Shown here in pieces: positions 25,741 to 38,020 of a stretch of 64,000 nt of DNA. The notes under the pieces were generated by a model. That model was not told where the DNA came from and searched no databases. It worked only from the letters and a program-made list of their open reading frames with translations. How positions within the stretch are numbered: the stretch's first letter is position 1; every line of letters begins with the position of its first letter. Made by a program: the position numbers and the translations under genes. Source of the stretch: Felis catus (taxonomy: Eukaryota); contig NC_058368.1 in assembly GCF_018350175.1 (NCBI RefSeq), positions 10,540,001-10,604,000 of the forward strand. Direction: 5' to 3'.

Positions 25741-26784
25741 ACAGATACAGGTAGGATGGGAAAAAAAGGAAAACACAGAAAAGGGGAAATGTGGGCAAGA
25801 GCCCTGAGGTGCCTCCAGCATGCTGTCCTTCTTGCCAAACACTTTCCTTTGGTGTTTTATTTTCGATTTTAATTTTCTGTTCTATTATCCATTGTTTTCT
25901 GTGCTATTCTGTCTCCACTGCTGGCCCATGGGCTCTGGGAGCTTGGTAATGCTCACCAACTTCGCCATTCACTTCCTTCCTTCCTTCCTTGCGTATCAGA
26001 TTTGAGTAAGGCTACAGTCTAGGCAGTGTTCTGGGGGCTGGAGGTCCCTACGTGGTGGAAAACAGGGAGAGAGACCAGCTGTTGCCTCTTTTGACATCCT
26101 AATTTTGCCCGTGGCTAAGCCAGCAGCATCTAAGAAATATTTCCTTTTTCGTGCTGCCCAGGGAGGCTTTATTTAGAAGCTGTTAGCTACAGGGGAACAT
26201 CTGCCCCCTGTAACCTGACCTCAGTTCCCGAGGAAACCTTAATCAACCTGCGTACAGGTTGAGAGGATTAAGAATTTTTAATTTACTTAACCACTTTAAA
26301 AAAATATTGCACTGATCAGGCTACCGATTTTGAATGAGGCTACTAGTTGATATTTCTTTGCATTGTAAGTGGAGTAATTGATTCAGAGTTACGTATTCAA
26401 ACGGAATATAGATTATAGTCTACAATTATGACACCATACTTTCCATTTCTTATGTTTGCTGGTGATATATGTTTTATTTAAAAGTTGTTTTTGTTTAAAA
26501 TATTAGTGGGGTTTTTTTGTTTTGTTTTGTTTTTTGGGTTTTTTTTTTTTTTTGGCTTAAAAAGACCTGTCATGCTCAGGATACGTGAAGTAGGAGGGAA
26601 AAAAATCGCTTCTCCTAAAAGCACAATTTTTAGTACAAAACAGCACTCTCACCTATTAATCAGACTCAAGAATAAGAAGTGGTTACTTCAAAGATGACAT
26701 TCATGCCTGTTATTTAGGATATTATGCCTGAAGTGTCTCTCAAGAATAAGCATCTAATTTGTGAAGTTCTTTTTCAAACAATTA

Positions 26785-27000
26785 TATATTCACCATCACC
26801 TCCACCTTCTCCATATGCACCTCAATAGTCCTCACTTCCACCATGGCCTCCACTCCGCTACCCTCAGAAGCTCTCCTTCTGCCACACCCTTCCCTCGTCT
26901 TTGCAAATCCCATCCTTTCCCTTCACTCTCCTCCACCTCTCCCCCGCTCCTGAACCACCTCCTTTCCTTCTCACCATGTCCCCCAGCTGTACCACCACTA
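26785..27000. repeat. C/T-rich low-complexity tract
   Basis: caccatcacctccaccttctcc...; explains the His/Pro/Ser-rich spurious ORFs. Confidence 0.7.
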
Positions 27001-28509
27001 TCCAGCATGCGGGCATTTCCTCAGGTGGCAAGTCAGTGCCACTCAGCCTTCCTCCCCTGTCAGGCGTGCTTCTTAACTCTTTGTCAATGGCATGTGAAAT
27101 CTTCTGGATAGTGCCATCACACGTTCTAGTGATCGTCCCCAGGAGCACACAAGCGGAATTGTTGTCCTAGTTGGCTAACCTCAGGCTGCTAAAGTCTTTC
27201 CATGCCTTCGCTGTAGTCCAAAGGACCGTACTGTCACATCTAATAGTTTCATTAATATCCGTAAAGGGTGTTCATTTTCATCAAACAAAAGAGAATCATT
27301 GGTTTCTTCCATTTGTTTCACCTCTTTCAGATTTAGATAAAAACTTCTTTTGCAATTGGTTTGCCCAATGGCATTCCTGGACTTGTGCGAGAGAACTCTT
27401 TACTGTTGATTCCACATGGTTTAGCGGGAGAAGAATGTCAGAACTGAGTGGTCTGGATTTGCCCAAGGTTATCACTGAAGGCTGAAATGCTTTGTTGTGC
27501 TTCATTTATTTTCATCCTATTGAATACTTTCTTGTTCCACACCACCTTCAAGGGTTAAGGCTTCAGTTCTTAAAAACGATAGACGTTTGAAATATCACTT
27601 TTAAAGAAACGGTCTTTAACATCTTCTGCCAGGAGATGGGAATATGGACGTATTTCTTTTTCACAAACCACTTGAGCTTGAGCTTGGGGCTTTCTGTATC
27701 ATCTCCTCCGGTTGAAGTGGTTCTTCCACCTCACAGAACAGGTTTATTTGGGAGACCAACCAAATGTGTGTTTTAACATTCAGGGACATCCCCCCTCTGA
27801 TGCTCTGACAAGGGCTGCTTCTTTGACAGTAGCTCCTTACATGCTGGTACCTGTACCTAGCACGTCCTACAAGACCCTGTGCATCATAGGTTCAGCACTG
27901 ATCTCTACCATGTTGTGGGGAGAAGTGTTTCCTGATGAAGGATATGGCATGGGCAGCTGAGGAAAGCAGTCCCATTACTAAATAAGGGTTCGCTCAAGCC
28001 ACCGTAAACATCCTCACAACCCTCTACCAAATGCACAAAGCTGGGGGTCAAGGTGGATTGAGATTTCTGGTATTCTTTTCCTGGGTACTGCCCCTATGGC
28101 TGTGTAAGATGGATTTGTTCCAATCCATCCGAGGCCCGAGTCAGCGTCAAAAACTGGAAAATTTCAAAGTAAGAAATTAATGACCATTAGATTTCCATAA
28201 TGAGGATTTGAAGAAGGCTTATCAAGGGATGCATACAAATGTTTCGAGATGAAGGACAGTGAGCACCAGTGACTAGCAAAAATAAATCAGAACACACGCC
28301 ATTTCCAACTAGGAGAATGAAAACTAGCTACTTCATTTTCAAGTGTAAGCATCCAAAATCTAATCTCTTCCACATGTGCAGGTACATTTCTTTTTTGAAA
28401 AAAATGATGTCCATGTCATGACATTCCAGAGAGATGATTTGACGGTCCTCTCCACAGCATGCTCTTCCCTGCCCATGCCCATTGATTAAAGTAAGTCAAG
28501 GCCTTCCAA

Positions 28510-28995
28510 AGATCTTCTAGAAGATAGCCTCATCCTGTTATTCCACTGATAAATCTTTTTCACCGGTCCTCATTGCCTACTGGATAAAGTCCAAGATTCT
28601 TCTGACAGGCCCAGGCTTTCACCATGTGCCCCTGATCTCTGCTCTAACCCCGGGTTATCACACAGCCTAAAACCTGGGTTCTTCTGATGGATCATGCGGA
28701 CTTCCTCAACCTGGTGTCTATTCCTTTTGGAATGCCATTCCCTGCTTTCTCTTCCCCTTTGACCTTACAATTCTTCACTATTCAACATAGATATCCTTCA
28801 AGAGAAAACTTCTCGACTTTGACTGCCAGGTTATGCACCTTTTCCACCACAACCTAGCATTTATCATGGCATTGTCATATCAATTCCCTTGTCTGTATAC
28901 CTGGGGAGGCTGCAAGTCCCATGAGGGCAAAGACTGAGTTTTAATTCATTATAGTCCAGTATCTGGCACAAAAAATGTTTGTTGAATGGATAAAC
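28510..28995 (+). mobile_element. L2 3' region
   Basis: ctcattgcctactggataaagtccaag...aagtcccatgagggcaaagactg...tctggcacaaaaaatgtttgttgaatgga. Confidence 0.75.
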
Positions 28996-30059
28996 CATTA
29001 GATGATATATAGGAGAGGCGTGCTGGGCTCAATACCTCTTGAGAGTCCCTTGAGAATAAAAAGGAGGTGGCTATGAATAGGTGAGGCTATGGGACAAGGG
29101 GAGTACAAATTTGGTTGGCACAAATTCCCATCCTAGTGTATAGCTAATTATAGCACAGCAGGAAAATAAGATGTAGACAGGTCACCGTGCTGGGATTAAA
29201 GTAAGACTTAGTGGACCAATTGGGTATCCCAGAATGCACTGGACACACATCAAATATGTTTAGGGAGCTGAAGTGATCAGGAATGGTATGGAGCTGAACT
29301 CACAGCTTGGGGGTCTCCTGTCTACATCTGAGTAGGACTGGAGGAGACCAGCAGGGAGGATGGAAACCTTGGAGACCTTTCCAAATACCTATCTCAGAGG
29401 AGAAATGCATGGGGGCGGGGGGAGTTTCATTAATCCATTTTATTTCCATTTGTGAGCAAAAAAAACCAAAGTGATTGGGCATACTTCAAGTGACCCATGC
29501 AGTAGGATAAAAAGGGGACAGAGATTTATACAAGTCTAGAAACCAGAGTAAGATTATCACTGAGTGCTATCCAACTCCTATGGAGAGGAATGGCCACGGA
29601 GAAGGTTTGGAAACAATCCAAAGTGTGGATCTATCCTGTCTGGGATCCACTATAAGAAAAGGGTACACTGTAGCCCTGGAATAATTCTCAGGCTACTTAG
29701 ACAATTTTGTATGTTGGCCATAGTCCTGTAAAAGGTTTAAGTGACTCTTGGGAGATTACAGCACCTAGAGTTCAAAGGAGATGCTGAAAAAGTGAAAGTC
29801 TCACAGGAACAGCAGGGCTGGGATCTGCCCAGAAGGCTGGAGTTGCCCCCCACATAGTTCTTGCCATTCTACAGTCACTGTCAGGTTTATTTATCTGTTC
29901 TTATCAAAATCAGGGAAACAGTAGGAGAAAAACAAAAACAAAATCCCATCTTGGCTGGCGGTTCAGTAAGGCAGTCTACAACAACCCTGAGCTCATCTAG
30001 AATCATGCAACCATAGAAGAGAGAGGAAATGCAGAAACGCTGGAACTCGGAGACTTTTG

Positions 30060-30800
30060 ACTCTAAAGCTGCCAGCTTACCAGACTCCTCTGGGAATCTG
30101 ACCCAACTGGCCACTCCTCCATTCATTTCCCTGAACCTATTCTCTCTCGGCTCACGTCCCAGCCCTCTGGCTGCTCATGGCCAGAGCTCACCAGGGGCTC
30201 CTCTTACTCTGACCAACACCCATCCTCCCTATCCTCTGCCTCTGGGCCCTTTTTCTCTTTTCACTCTATGCCTGGCCTCTGGGCAATCTCACACATAGCA
30301 TGACTTCAGCTACCATCTGTATGTTGGAGACTCCCAAATACTTATTCCTTTCTAGATCTCTGTGGACACTTCCCGACTAGCAGACCTAGCCCAGTGAATG
30401 TTTCACAGGTTCTTCAAGTTCAATACCTTCCTTATTTCTCCTCACCACCAAAACTGCTATCCTCTCAGCCCCTGCCTTCCCTCGTAAAACTAGCAAATGC
30501 TACTCTCAGGCACATTAATTGTCCAAAGGAGCTGGCTACAAGCGACCCTGGATCCTGCACCCTCCTTCACCCTCTCCTCAGCCAAGCATCAAACACCAAG
30601 TTCTCTTACTTTTTACCTCCAAAATCTCCTTGAAACCCATCCCTCCTTCTCAACTTTGCCCTTCTATCTCCTGGACTGGTAAATGTCAAGCTACCCTTCT
30701 GGCTTCCTACCCCTCACGTCACACTTTTGCTCTTCCTGCATTGCTACCTTTGTGAATTTTCTAAAGTGAAATGAATCTCAATAGGTGGCTTTCTGGCTTT
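30060..30800 (+). mobile_element. L2 LINE fragment
   Basis: catgacttcagctaccatctgtatgttggagactcccaaat...acctccaaaatctccttgaaaccc...atctcctggact. Confidence 0.7.
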
Positions 30801-30837
30801 AGAGCAATGTTTCTCTGCTATAACCCCTCTCACAGTA

Positions 30838-30871
30838 CATGCCGGGCCATGCCGGGCCATGCCGGGCCATG
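30838..30871. repeat. Perfect 10-bp tandem repeat (CATGCCGGGC)x3 + CATG
   Basis: Direct reading: cat gccgggccat gccgggccat gccgggccat g. Confidence 0.95.
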
Positions 30872-33259
30872 ACTAGAACTTCTTGCTGCTTTCCCACTTT
30901 GTTCTTCTAGGATACTCTTGTAATACTACTTTTCTTGTACTCTCCTGGGACACATAATGCCAGTCTACACCAGGCCACTGTGAACTTGAATGCGAGCAAC
31001 TGTGACAATTCTTTCAAAAGCGGAATTCAACTTTGGTCTTGAGAACAGCTAACTCATTCTTTCCCATTTTGGCATTCGGTCGAATCCAGGCATTTTTTTT
31101 TTTCATATATACTCAAATGCTGCTTTCTCAACCACTGTCAAGTTCAGAGCTTTCCATGGTGAGGTAAATGTTCTGTTTCCCAGGGTTTCTTTTCTCTCCA
31201 CTTTCCCCTGCCTTTCTTTTTGGAGGTGACATTAAGTGACTGAGGGGAAGGGGAATAATGTACTCTCTGGCATTAGGAAAGGGGTATCTTATCCCAAGAG
31301 AGCATGGCTGGCTGCCCCTGCAGTTTCTGTTGGACATGGCAGTGGCCTGGGTGTCAGACGTCCGATCCTGGGATCCGTCAGGTTATGGCTCTCTTGACAC
31401 CTGCTGACAACCTTACCATTGTCCTCTGTAACTTCCTCTCTAGACCCAGGCCCCTTTTGGTCACTGTCCTCTCTTGGAATTTCAACATCTCCTTGAAAAT
31501 CTGGGAACGTTAGTTGACTTTCTCCTCATCCCACGGGGAAGCAGAGGGCCTAAGAGGTTCCTCAGCTTGGCGGTGGTTGTGTCTACTCACTGTCTCACCA
31601 CCGTATGGGCAGTGCCACCCTGAACGTGGGATAAGCCCTCAGGATAATCAACCCTCAACCGATTGTACTTATAGTCTATAGGTTTACAGATACTTCATCT
31701 GAAGAGACGCCATCAGCGGTGATAACACAGACTCAATGATGTACACACGATTTTGTATTCTTTTAGGATGCATCACTATCTAAATGTCCTCAGAAACATA
31801 TCTCTGAAGCTGTCAAACTGGTGGGGAAGTGGGAAAAATAATCGTGGCCCAATTAGGGGTCCTCACACTTTGGGCTCGGGGTCCTAATTCCAGGGCTTTA
31901 CAAAAGGGTCACTTGTCTACACATTGCCCACTGTGATGTCCATTGTTGCACTAGGCCCACAGTTGTTGGACCACACAGGACGCTGCAGGAATGTTCCCAT
32001 CTTCTGAGTGATATATACCATGTCTCCAACACAAAGGGACCGGCTTCAGGTTTTCGGCTAGGCTACCTGCACTGAAGTTTCTAGAGGCCATCTAAGGCCT
32101 CATCTTCCTAGATACCCCTCCCTTATTCATCTATTTTTAGGAGTCTGGCCATTTTTTTCTAGGGATTTTCCTGGAAACTATGGCACAGACCTCCCAGGAC
32201 TCCACCTGGAGAGCAGGATCTCTTCCAGAGACCTGCAAATATCAGCCTTTGCATCGTCCCTCTCTCTTCCACCCCAGTGGGAGGAGTCTTCCATCAATGG
32301 GCTGTGGAGGAGAAGGAGGAGTCTTGCTGTCACCCACCCAACGGTCTCCCAAATCTTTTAAAGCCAAAGGCCTTTTTATTCCCATAAAGGTCTAGGCTTT
32401 TGAAACTCAAAAGGCAGGAAGACAATCTTTTCCCCTCAGCTCTCTGAGGTCACTTGTCTTTGTGAAGTGCTTTGGGTCACACCCAGTCTCAGTGCTGAGG
32501 CAATGGCCTGACTCCTGAGGTGAAGGAGGGTCCCAGCGCTGAAAACCAGAAGCCTGAGTGGGCCAGTGTTGTCCTGCACCCCAGTCCTTTCCTGCTGCTG
32601 ATGGTTTACACTAACATCTTGAATGAGGAGTGTGCTTGAAAAGCATATGTGAAATCACATCTGCGGAGGAATGTATTTTCCTTTACCCATCACTGCTTAG
32701 TTACACTGTTGAACCAGAACAAGGTAGCCTCTGTCCAGCATCTAAGGAAAACAGTTCAGGAGCCAATCGAAAAGCTGAGTTTCTTCTCTCTCCCCCTCCT
32801 TCCCCCTCTCTCTCTCCGGGTTAGCCCTGAAAAAGCCTGCGAGGTACAGATCTGGATGAAAGGGAACATAACGGAAAATGAGATCACGTGGCATCCAGAG
32901 GCCAGGTTTTTCCCCTTGTGGTGTGATCTTTGCTCTCTGTCCCCCCTGGAAATCTTGAGTATGGAAATCACGTGCTTCCACGAAGAGGAGAAAGGAGAGG
33001 TAGGAAGAGAATCTCATGTGGCCCACGGGAGCCGACGGGGGTTCTTCTCAACAAGTGCCTGCAACTGTTCAAGGATTTAAGAGCGTGGACGACAAGGCTA
33101 CAAACCACCGATGGGCAAATGCAGGATCGACGTCAGAGGGGAACCTCTCGCCAAAGTAGCTGGCTTCCTTGAGCACCAGGCTGAGATCTCTGGAAAGGAT
33201 GGCTGCTTTTCCCCGACAGTCCTCCTCCTCCTCCTGCTGCTCCTGGGCCTCCTGCCATT

Positions 33260-33500
33260 GCTGCTAGCTTACGTTTACTGAATGCTTGCTCCCTGCCACT
33301 TCCTAAGAGCCTCGCGCAAGTTAACCCGTTTAATCTTCACAACAACTCTGAGAGGTAGGTCCTCTCCTTGCCGTCGTCGTTTCCTCCGAGGAGGAAAAGG
33401 AGGCGCTGAGATGTGATTTGCCAGAGAGGGCATGGGAGGTGGCGGAGGCCGCAGTTCCTAGCCTGAGCTCCGTGACAACACTATACCCACAATTCTCCGT
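33260..33500 (-). mobile_element. MIR SINE (GC-shifted)
   Basis: acgtttactgaatgcttgct...tttaatcttcacaacaactctgagaggtaggt...gaggaaaaggaggcgctgaga. Confidence 0.75.
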
Positions 33501-35169
33501 CGTGTGCCGCCCTGTAGCCCACAGAGAGCTTGTCCCGATCATTCACTCCTGGGAGCCAGCCTCTGGGAATCTGCTCTGCAAGCCAACAAATGTTGCTAAG
33601 GGCAGAGGAGAATGAATTTATATTATCCCACCTCCCCTGGTAGCGATCACACCTGCCCAGATCTTACGCTAGGCCAGCCCAAAGCCGCCCCAAGACATTG
33701 ATTCCCTCGGTTTCTGAAATGTTGCAGTTTCGTCGGAAAGTTCAGGCAATTTTGTCCTTGCTACTCACTATACTCATGTTTATATTTGTATTCCCCGCCC
33801 CCACCCCCCGCCATATTGACAAATGGCAATAATAGGTCCAGGTTGATAGACCGGGCGTAGGCCTACCAAACAAGATCTGCTTCTCTAAAGGATAAATTAG
33901 TCTGGGCAAACAGGGTAGACAGCAGAGAGAAGAGCTACACCCCCCAGTGACAGATGGGAGGTCTGAGCGTCCAGGTCCCAGGTTGGCTCGCGGAAGCAGA
34001 TACACAGCCCTTGAACACCGTTCCCCTCAGGCGGGGCCTTGTAGACTGGGAGCCTGTCCTTCCGCAAGGTGCACACCACTGCTCTCCTGCCACACCAGGG
34101 ACAATATGAGGGGCCAGCACAGCACACTTGGGCATGAACACTCTCCTGACATATCACCCTCAGCCTCTTCAGGCCAACACAGCCTGAGCCTTTCCTGATC
34201 TTAGAGCTGTGAACTTGAACAAGGCTCAGATGCACAGGGGTCTCTTAGAATCAGGCTATGGGGATGATCCTGCAACTTTAATCATATTTAATTGAATACT
34301 TCAGGCACGTAACACGCATTTTATTGAGCGGCTTGTGTATCCCTCAACTTTCTGCCATTTATACCCAGACCTATGCACCCCTCCTTTTTTGGGAAGCGTG
34401 GTGATGGCATTATAGTACCAGGGTTATGAGCATAGGAGTTTGGGGGAACCAGATGGGACACTGTGGAGTAACAATTTCCAGGACCCACAGAGACCAGCAC
34501 CCATGGCCTTGGCTCAAACACAGAGTCAGTGACAGTCACCCATGTCCCCAAAGTCCTGGACCTCAACCCCACGCCCAGGTATACTGCCCTGGTCTGTGGA
34601 GTGGGAGCCAGCAGTTGAAGAAATGGTTCAACACTCCTTGGTCCCCGTGTGCTCAGTCATTTTTCCAGGGAGCGTGGGTCTGTGTTCCACCAGCTGTGTG
34701 GCTCTCCAGCGTCACCAGAACCCAGTGACTGTCCAAATTACTGCTCCTTAGGGGCAGAAGGACTACTGTACAGGGTCCTGAGGGGTTGACTGGTCTATCA
34801 CGCACAGCCAGAGATCAAACCAGGAGCTACAGAGAAAGTCAAACATGTACTCGTATTGTGATATGCCATTTAACAAAAGTAAAACTCCTTGGAAGTATTT
34901 AAGCCCTTCCAGCCATTTTCCGTGTACACCCCAGCAGAAACATGTTGAATCGAAACACACTCTTAAAAGCAACGAAAATAATCACATTATGCGTATCTCG
35001 CCAGCACATTCTTTAAAGTAGGCTGTCAAATACCGCATCTTCAAATTACGATCTCATAAAATAACCTTACTCTACATTCATGTCCAGGAATAGCATGACC
35101 GCACGGTGTCGTTCGAGTAGCTGTGCCAGCACCAAGCTGGATATAGTCCTGTGACCCGGCAGGACAGTG

Positions 35170-35375
35170 AGCTCTAGGTGGACCGGTAGGAGGACCTTGT
35201 GTCTAAACCCGGCCCCGCCTCTCAAGGCGGGTATAATTTTGGGCAGACTCCTTCCTTGCTAAGGTAGCTTCATCTGTAGAATGGGCACAATAGTATCTAA
35301 CCTATGGGACTGCTGCATAATGCAGGTTTAGTACAAGGATACAACAAGCATTCGATAGTTTTTATTCTTATTTTT
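35170..35375 (+). mobile_element. MIR SINE
   Basis: ttgggcagactcctt...cttcatctgtagaatgggcacaatagtatctaacctatggg. Confidence 0.65.
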
Positions 35376-35444
35376 ACTGCCCAAAGTCCTACAGTTACTA
35401 AGATGCCAGGAAGAGGCTCGCTTTTGTGTCCTTGTACCCTGTTC

Positions 35445-35650
35445 TTTAACATTTTTAATGTTGTAAAATAAAACATGCAGAAAAGTGCCTAAATAACATG
35501 CAGTTTAACGAGTATTTATAAAACCGATACTCGTAGAAGCACTGCTGAGGTCGAGGGAAGGCTGTTAAGGATGCCCCAGTATCCCGTAGGGTACATCCTT
35601 CATCCTTCCTTCCCGGCCCTCCCCTTCTTCCCAGAGGTCAGCCTCTCTGT
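35445..35650 (-). mobile_element. L1ME 3' end fragment
   Basis: catgcagaaaagtgcctaaataacatgcagtttaacgagtatttataaaaccgatac...cccagaggtcagcc. Confidence 0.6.
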
Positions 35651-37699
35651 CACATGGCTCCCATGTAGAGCTGGTGTGGCTCGATGAGCGGGATACCCCC
35701 TCCGGTAGCTCACAGCTCTCCCTGTACCACAGCATACCGGGCTTGGGCTTGGAGGGGTCTGAGGGATCCAACGCACAGCCTCTCCACTCCCATCCCCACC
35801 CCCCATATGGAAGACAGGTGAGTTACAAGCAACTTCTCCTTTCTAGTACAGAGGGACGGCTGGCCTCACTGATGGTAATGAGCACACCTAAGAAGTCACG
35901 CTCCAACTGTTTTTTATTTTCGCGTCTTCCACCCATCTTTCCTCATCAGAAGCCAAGTGCTGCCCATTCTTTTTCTCCCAATGTCCCCAGACTCTTTGTG
36001 CAGGGCCCCAGCACCATACCTGCGCTGCTGACTTGTTTTGGGGCAGACTGCCCACGTTTTTGATACTATGTCTGGAAGGGATCTTATTTTCTACCAAATC
36101 TTCGCGCTCTCATTTGCTCTGGTCCCTTAAATGTATAAATTGTTGAGTTTGGTCTCATCTCATTTTCGACTTTGCTCTCAAGCAATAAAAAGGACCAGTT
36201 TGGTGAGGATAAACTCGTCCGTTTTGAAAAACTTCCTGCTTCATTCTCGGATTCAGCGTCGAGTGCTGCTACAAAGGCAGGGTAGGAGGAGGCACAGGCC
36301 CAGTCCCTGCCCTTTGGATGTAAGATTTTCCAGGGTACAGGGCCATGGGTGACCTCTCAAGACCACCCCACCCCAACCTCAGCCCTGATCCCGTGCACAG
36401 CTCCAGCAACGACTCCTAAGAAGTCTTGTAGAACTCACCACAGGAACACTTGGGTTGCTGGAAATGGGAATCATGGGTAAACCATGACTGGAGAGATGAA
36501 CCTTGGCTATAAAAACCTTGATTTAGGGAACTCCTTAAGAACTTACTATCACAAGTCCCTCATTTTCCAGACCTATCCTAGTGGTATTCTATAACACCAC
36601 TGTATGACATAGGACCCCACCTATCTGGGCACAACCATGCAGCTTCTGAGGGGCAAGCAGCAGGAAAGGGTGCCAGCATCATACAAAGCATCAGGTTTCA
36701 TTTGGGAAAGCCCACCCCTGAGAGAGCCTCATCACTCAGAGTCCTAGAGTCAATGTCAGTGTTTAGACATTTACTCCTTCACATCCTGGACACAATCACT
36801 CATGCAGGTCGATTTAAATAAGGGCTCTTTCAAGAAGGAAAGCCTTGAAATATAGCAAATGCTTAGTAAAAGCTTCCTGGATTAAAGTTATAGAAAGTTT
36901 AGGGTTTCTTGGCATTAAAACAATTGAGGACTTCAGACCATTAGCCAGATATTTGGGCAGTAACCAACAACCAGCAAAAATTGTGAACTCTTACCATGTA
37001 TGATCCTGAATTTCAATAGTTGAAAGTAAAAGTTTAGAGGGAGAGAGAGAGAGAGAATGTTTCCAAATGCATTATTTTCCTGTGGAACTACAGAAAGTAC
37101 TATGATACTTTTTCTAAGGCTCTCTAGGAACTGTAAAATTTAGTAAAAAATGGGCAGGTAAACTGTATTTCATCATTCTCCTAGATTATCTATTGTACTG
37201 TTAATTTAGCAAATGGGAAAATTAAATACCTCTTATGTGAATTAAATGTCTTATTAATGTTACTGTATACTCCTTTACAAAGTCAAGACCAGGCCAAATC
37301 AAACACAGACAGCCAGAGTGATTACATCTAATCTCATCAGGGCACAATTGCAGACCTCAAGAGAGATGGCCAGAGCACTCTACATATTGGAGTTGCTTTT
37401 AATTTGAAACAGAACTTACTTCATAATATGTCAAACATTGAAACCGACTTGGTGGGGGGGGGGAATCAAGACAAAAATATGACAACATTGAAAATTGTAG
37501 GTTACATGTTAATTCTGTAAAATCACTACAGAATTTGTAGTGTGGAACAGTTAACGATTAAATCTTATTCTTCACAATATCATTGCGTTCATTCTTACAT
37601 GTATTTGTGCAAACGTGTGCGTTGAGGAGTCAAGTCTAAAGTAAAGAAGTGTGGAGGGCAGGAGCAGACGTAAGCGGGAAAAAAAAATGCAGAATTCAT

Positions 37700-38020
37700 G
37701 GAGACCAAAAGACCACACAGAATTAGGGGCTTTTCAGTATCGCTGGGAAGCAGAGATGTGTGCTGATGGTGGGGGGTATGGATGGAAAGAGATGGAGTTG
37801 GGATAAACCAGGTCCGACTCAACAGGGTCTTGTAAGCCAAGATAAGGAATTTGGACTTCATCCTAAGAGCAATGGAGGACCTTTGAGGGATTTAACATAG
37901 GAAAGTGACATGATCATGTTTGCATTTTAGAGATACTTTGGCTTGTGCGTGGAAAACAGGTTAGAAGTCTAAAGGCATGGAGTTATTTGAGAGGGCTGCG
38001 AGTCCAGTTTTACAGGTCAA
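37700..38020 (-). mobile_element. L2b fragment
   Basis: cagggtcttgtaagccaagataaggaatttggacttcatcctaagagcaatggag...gtgacatgatcatgtttgcattttagagat. Confidence 0.8.
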
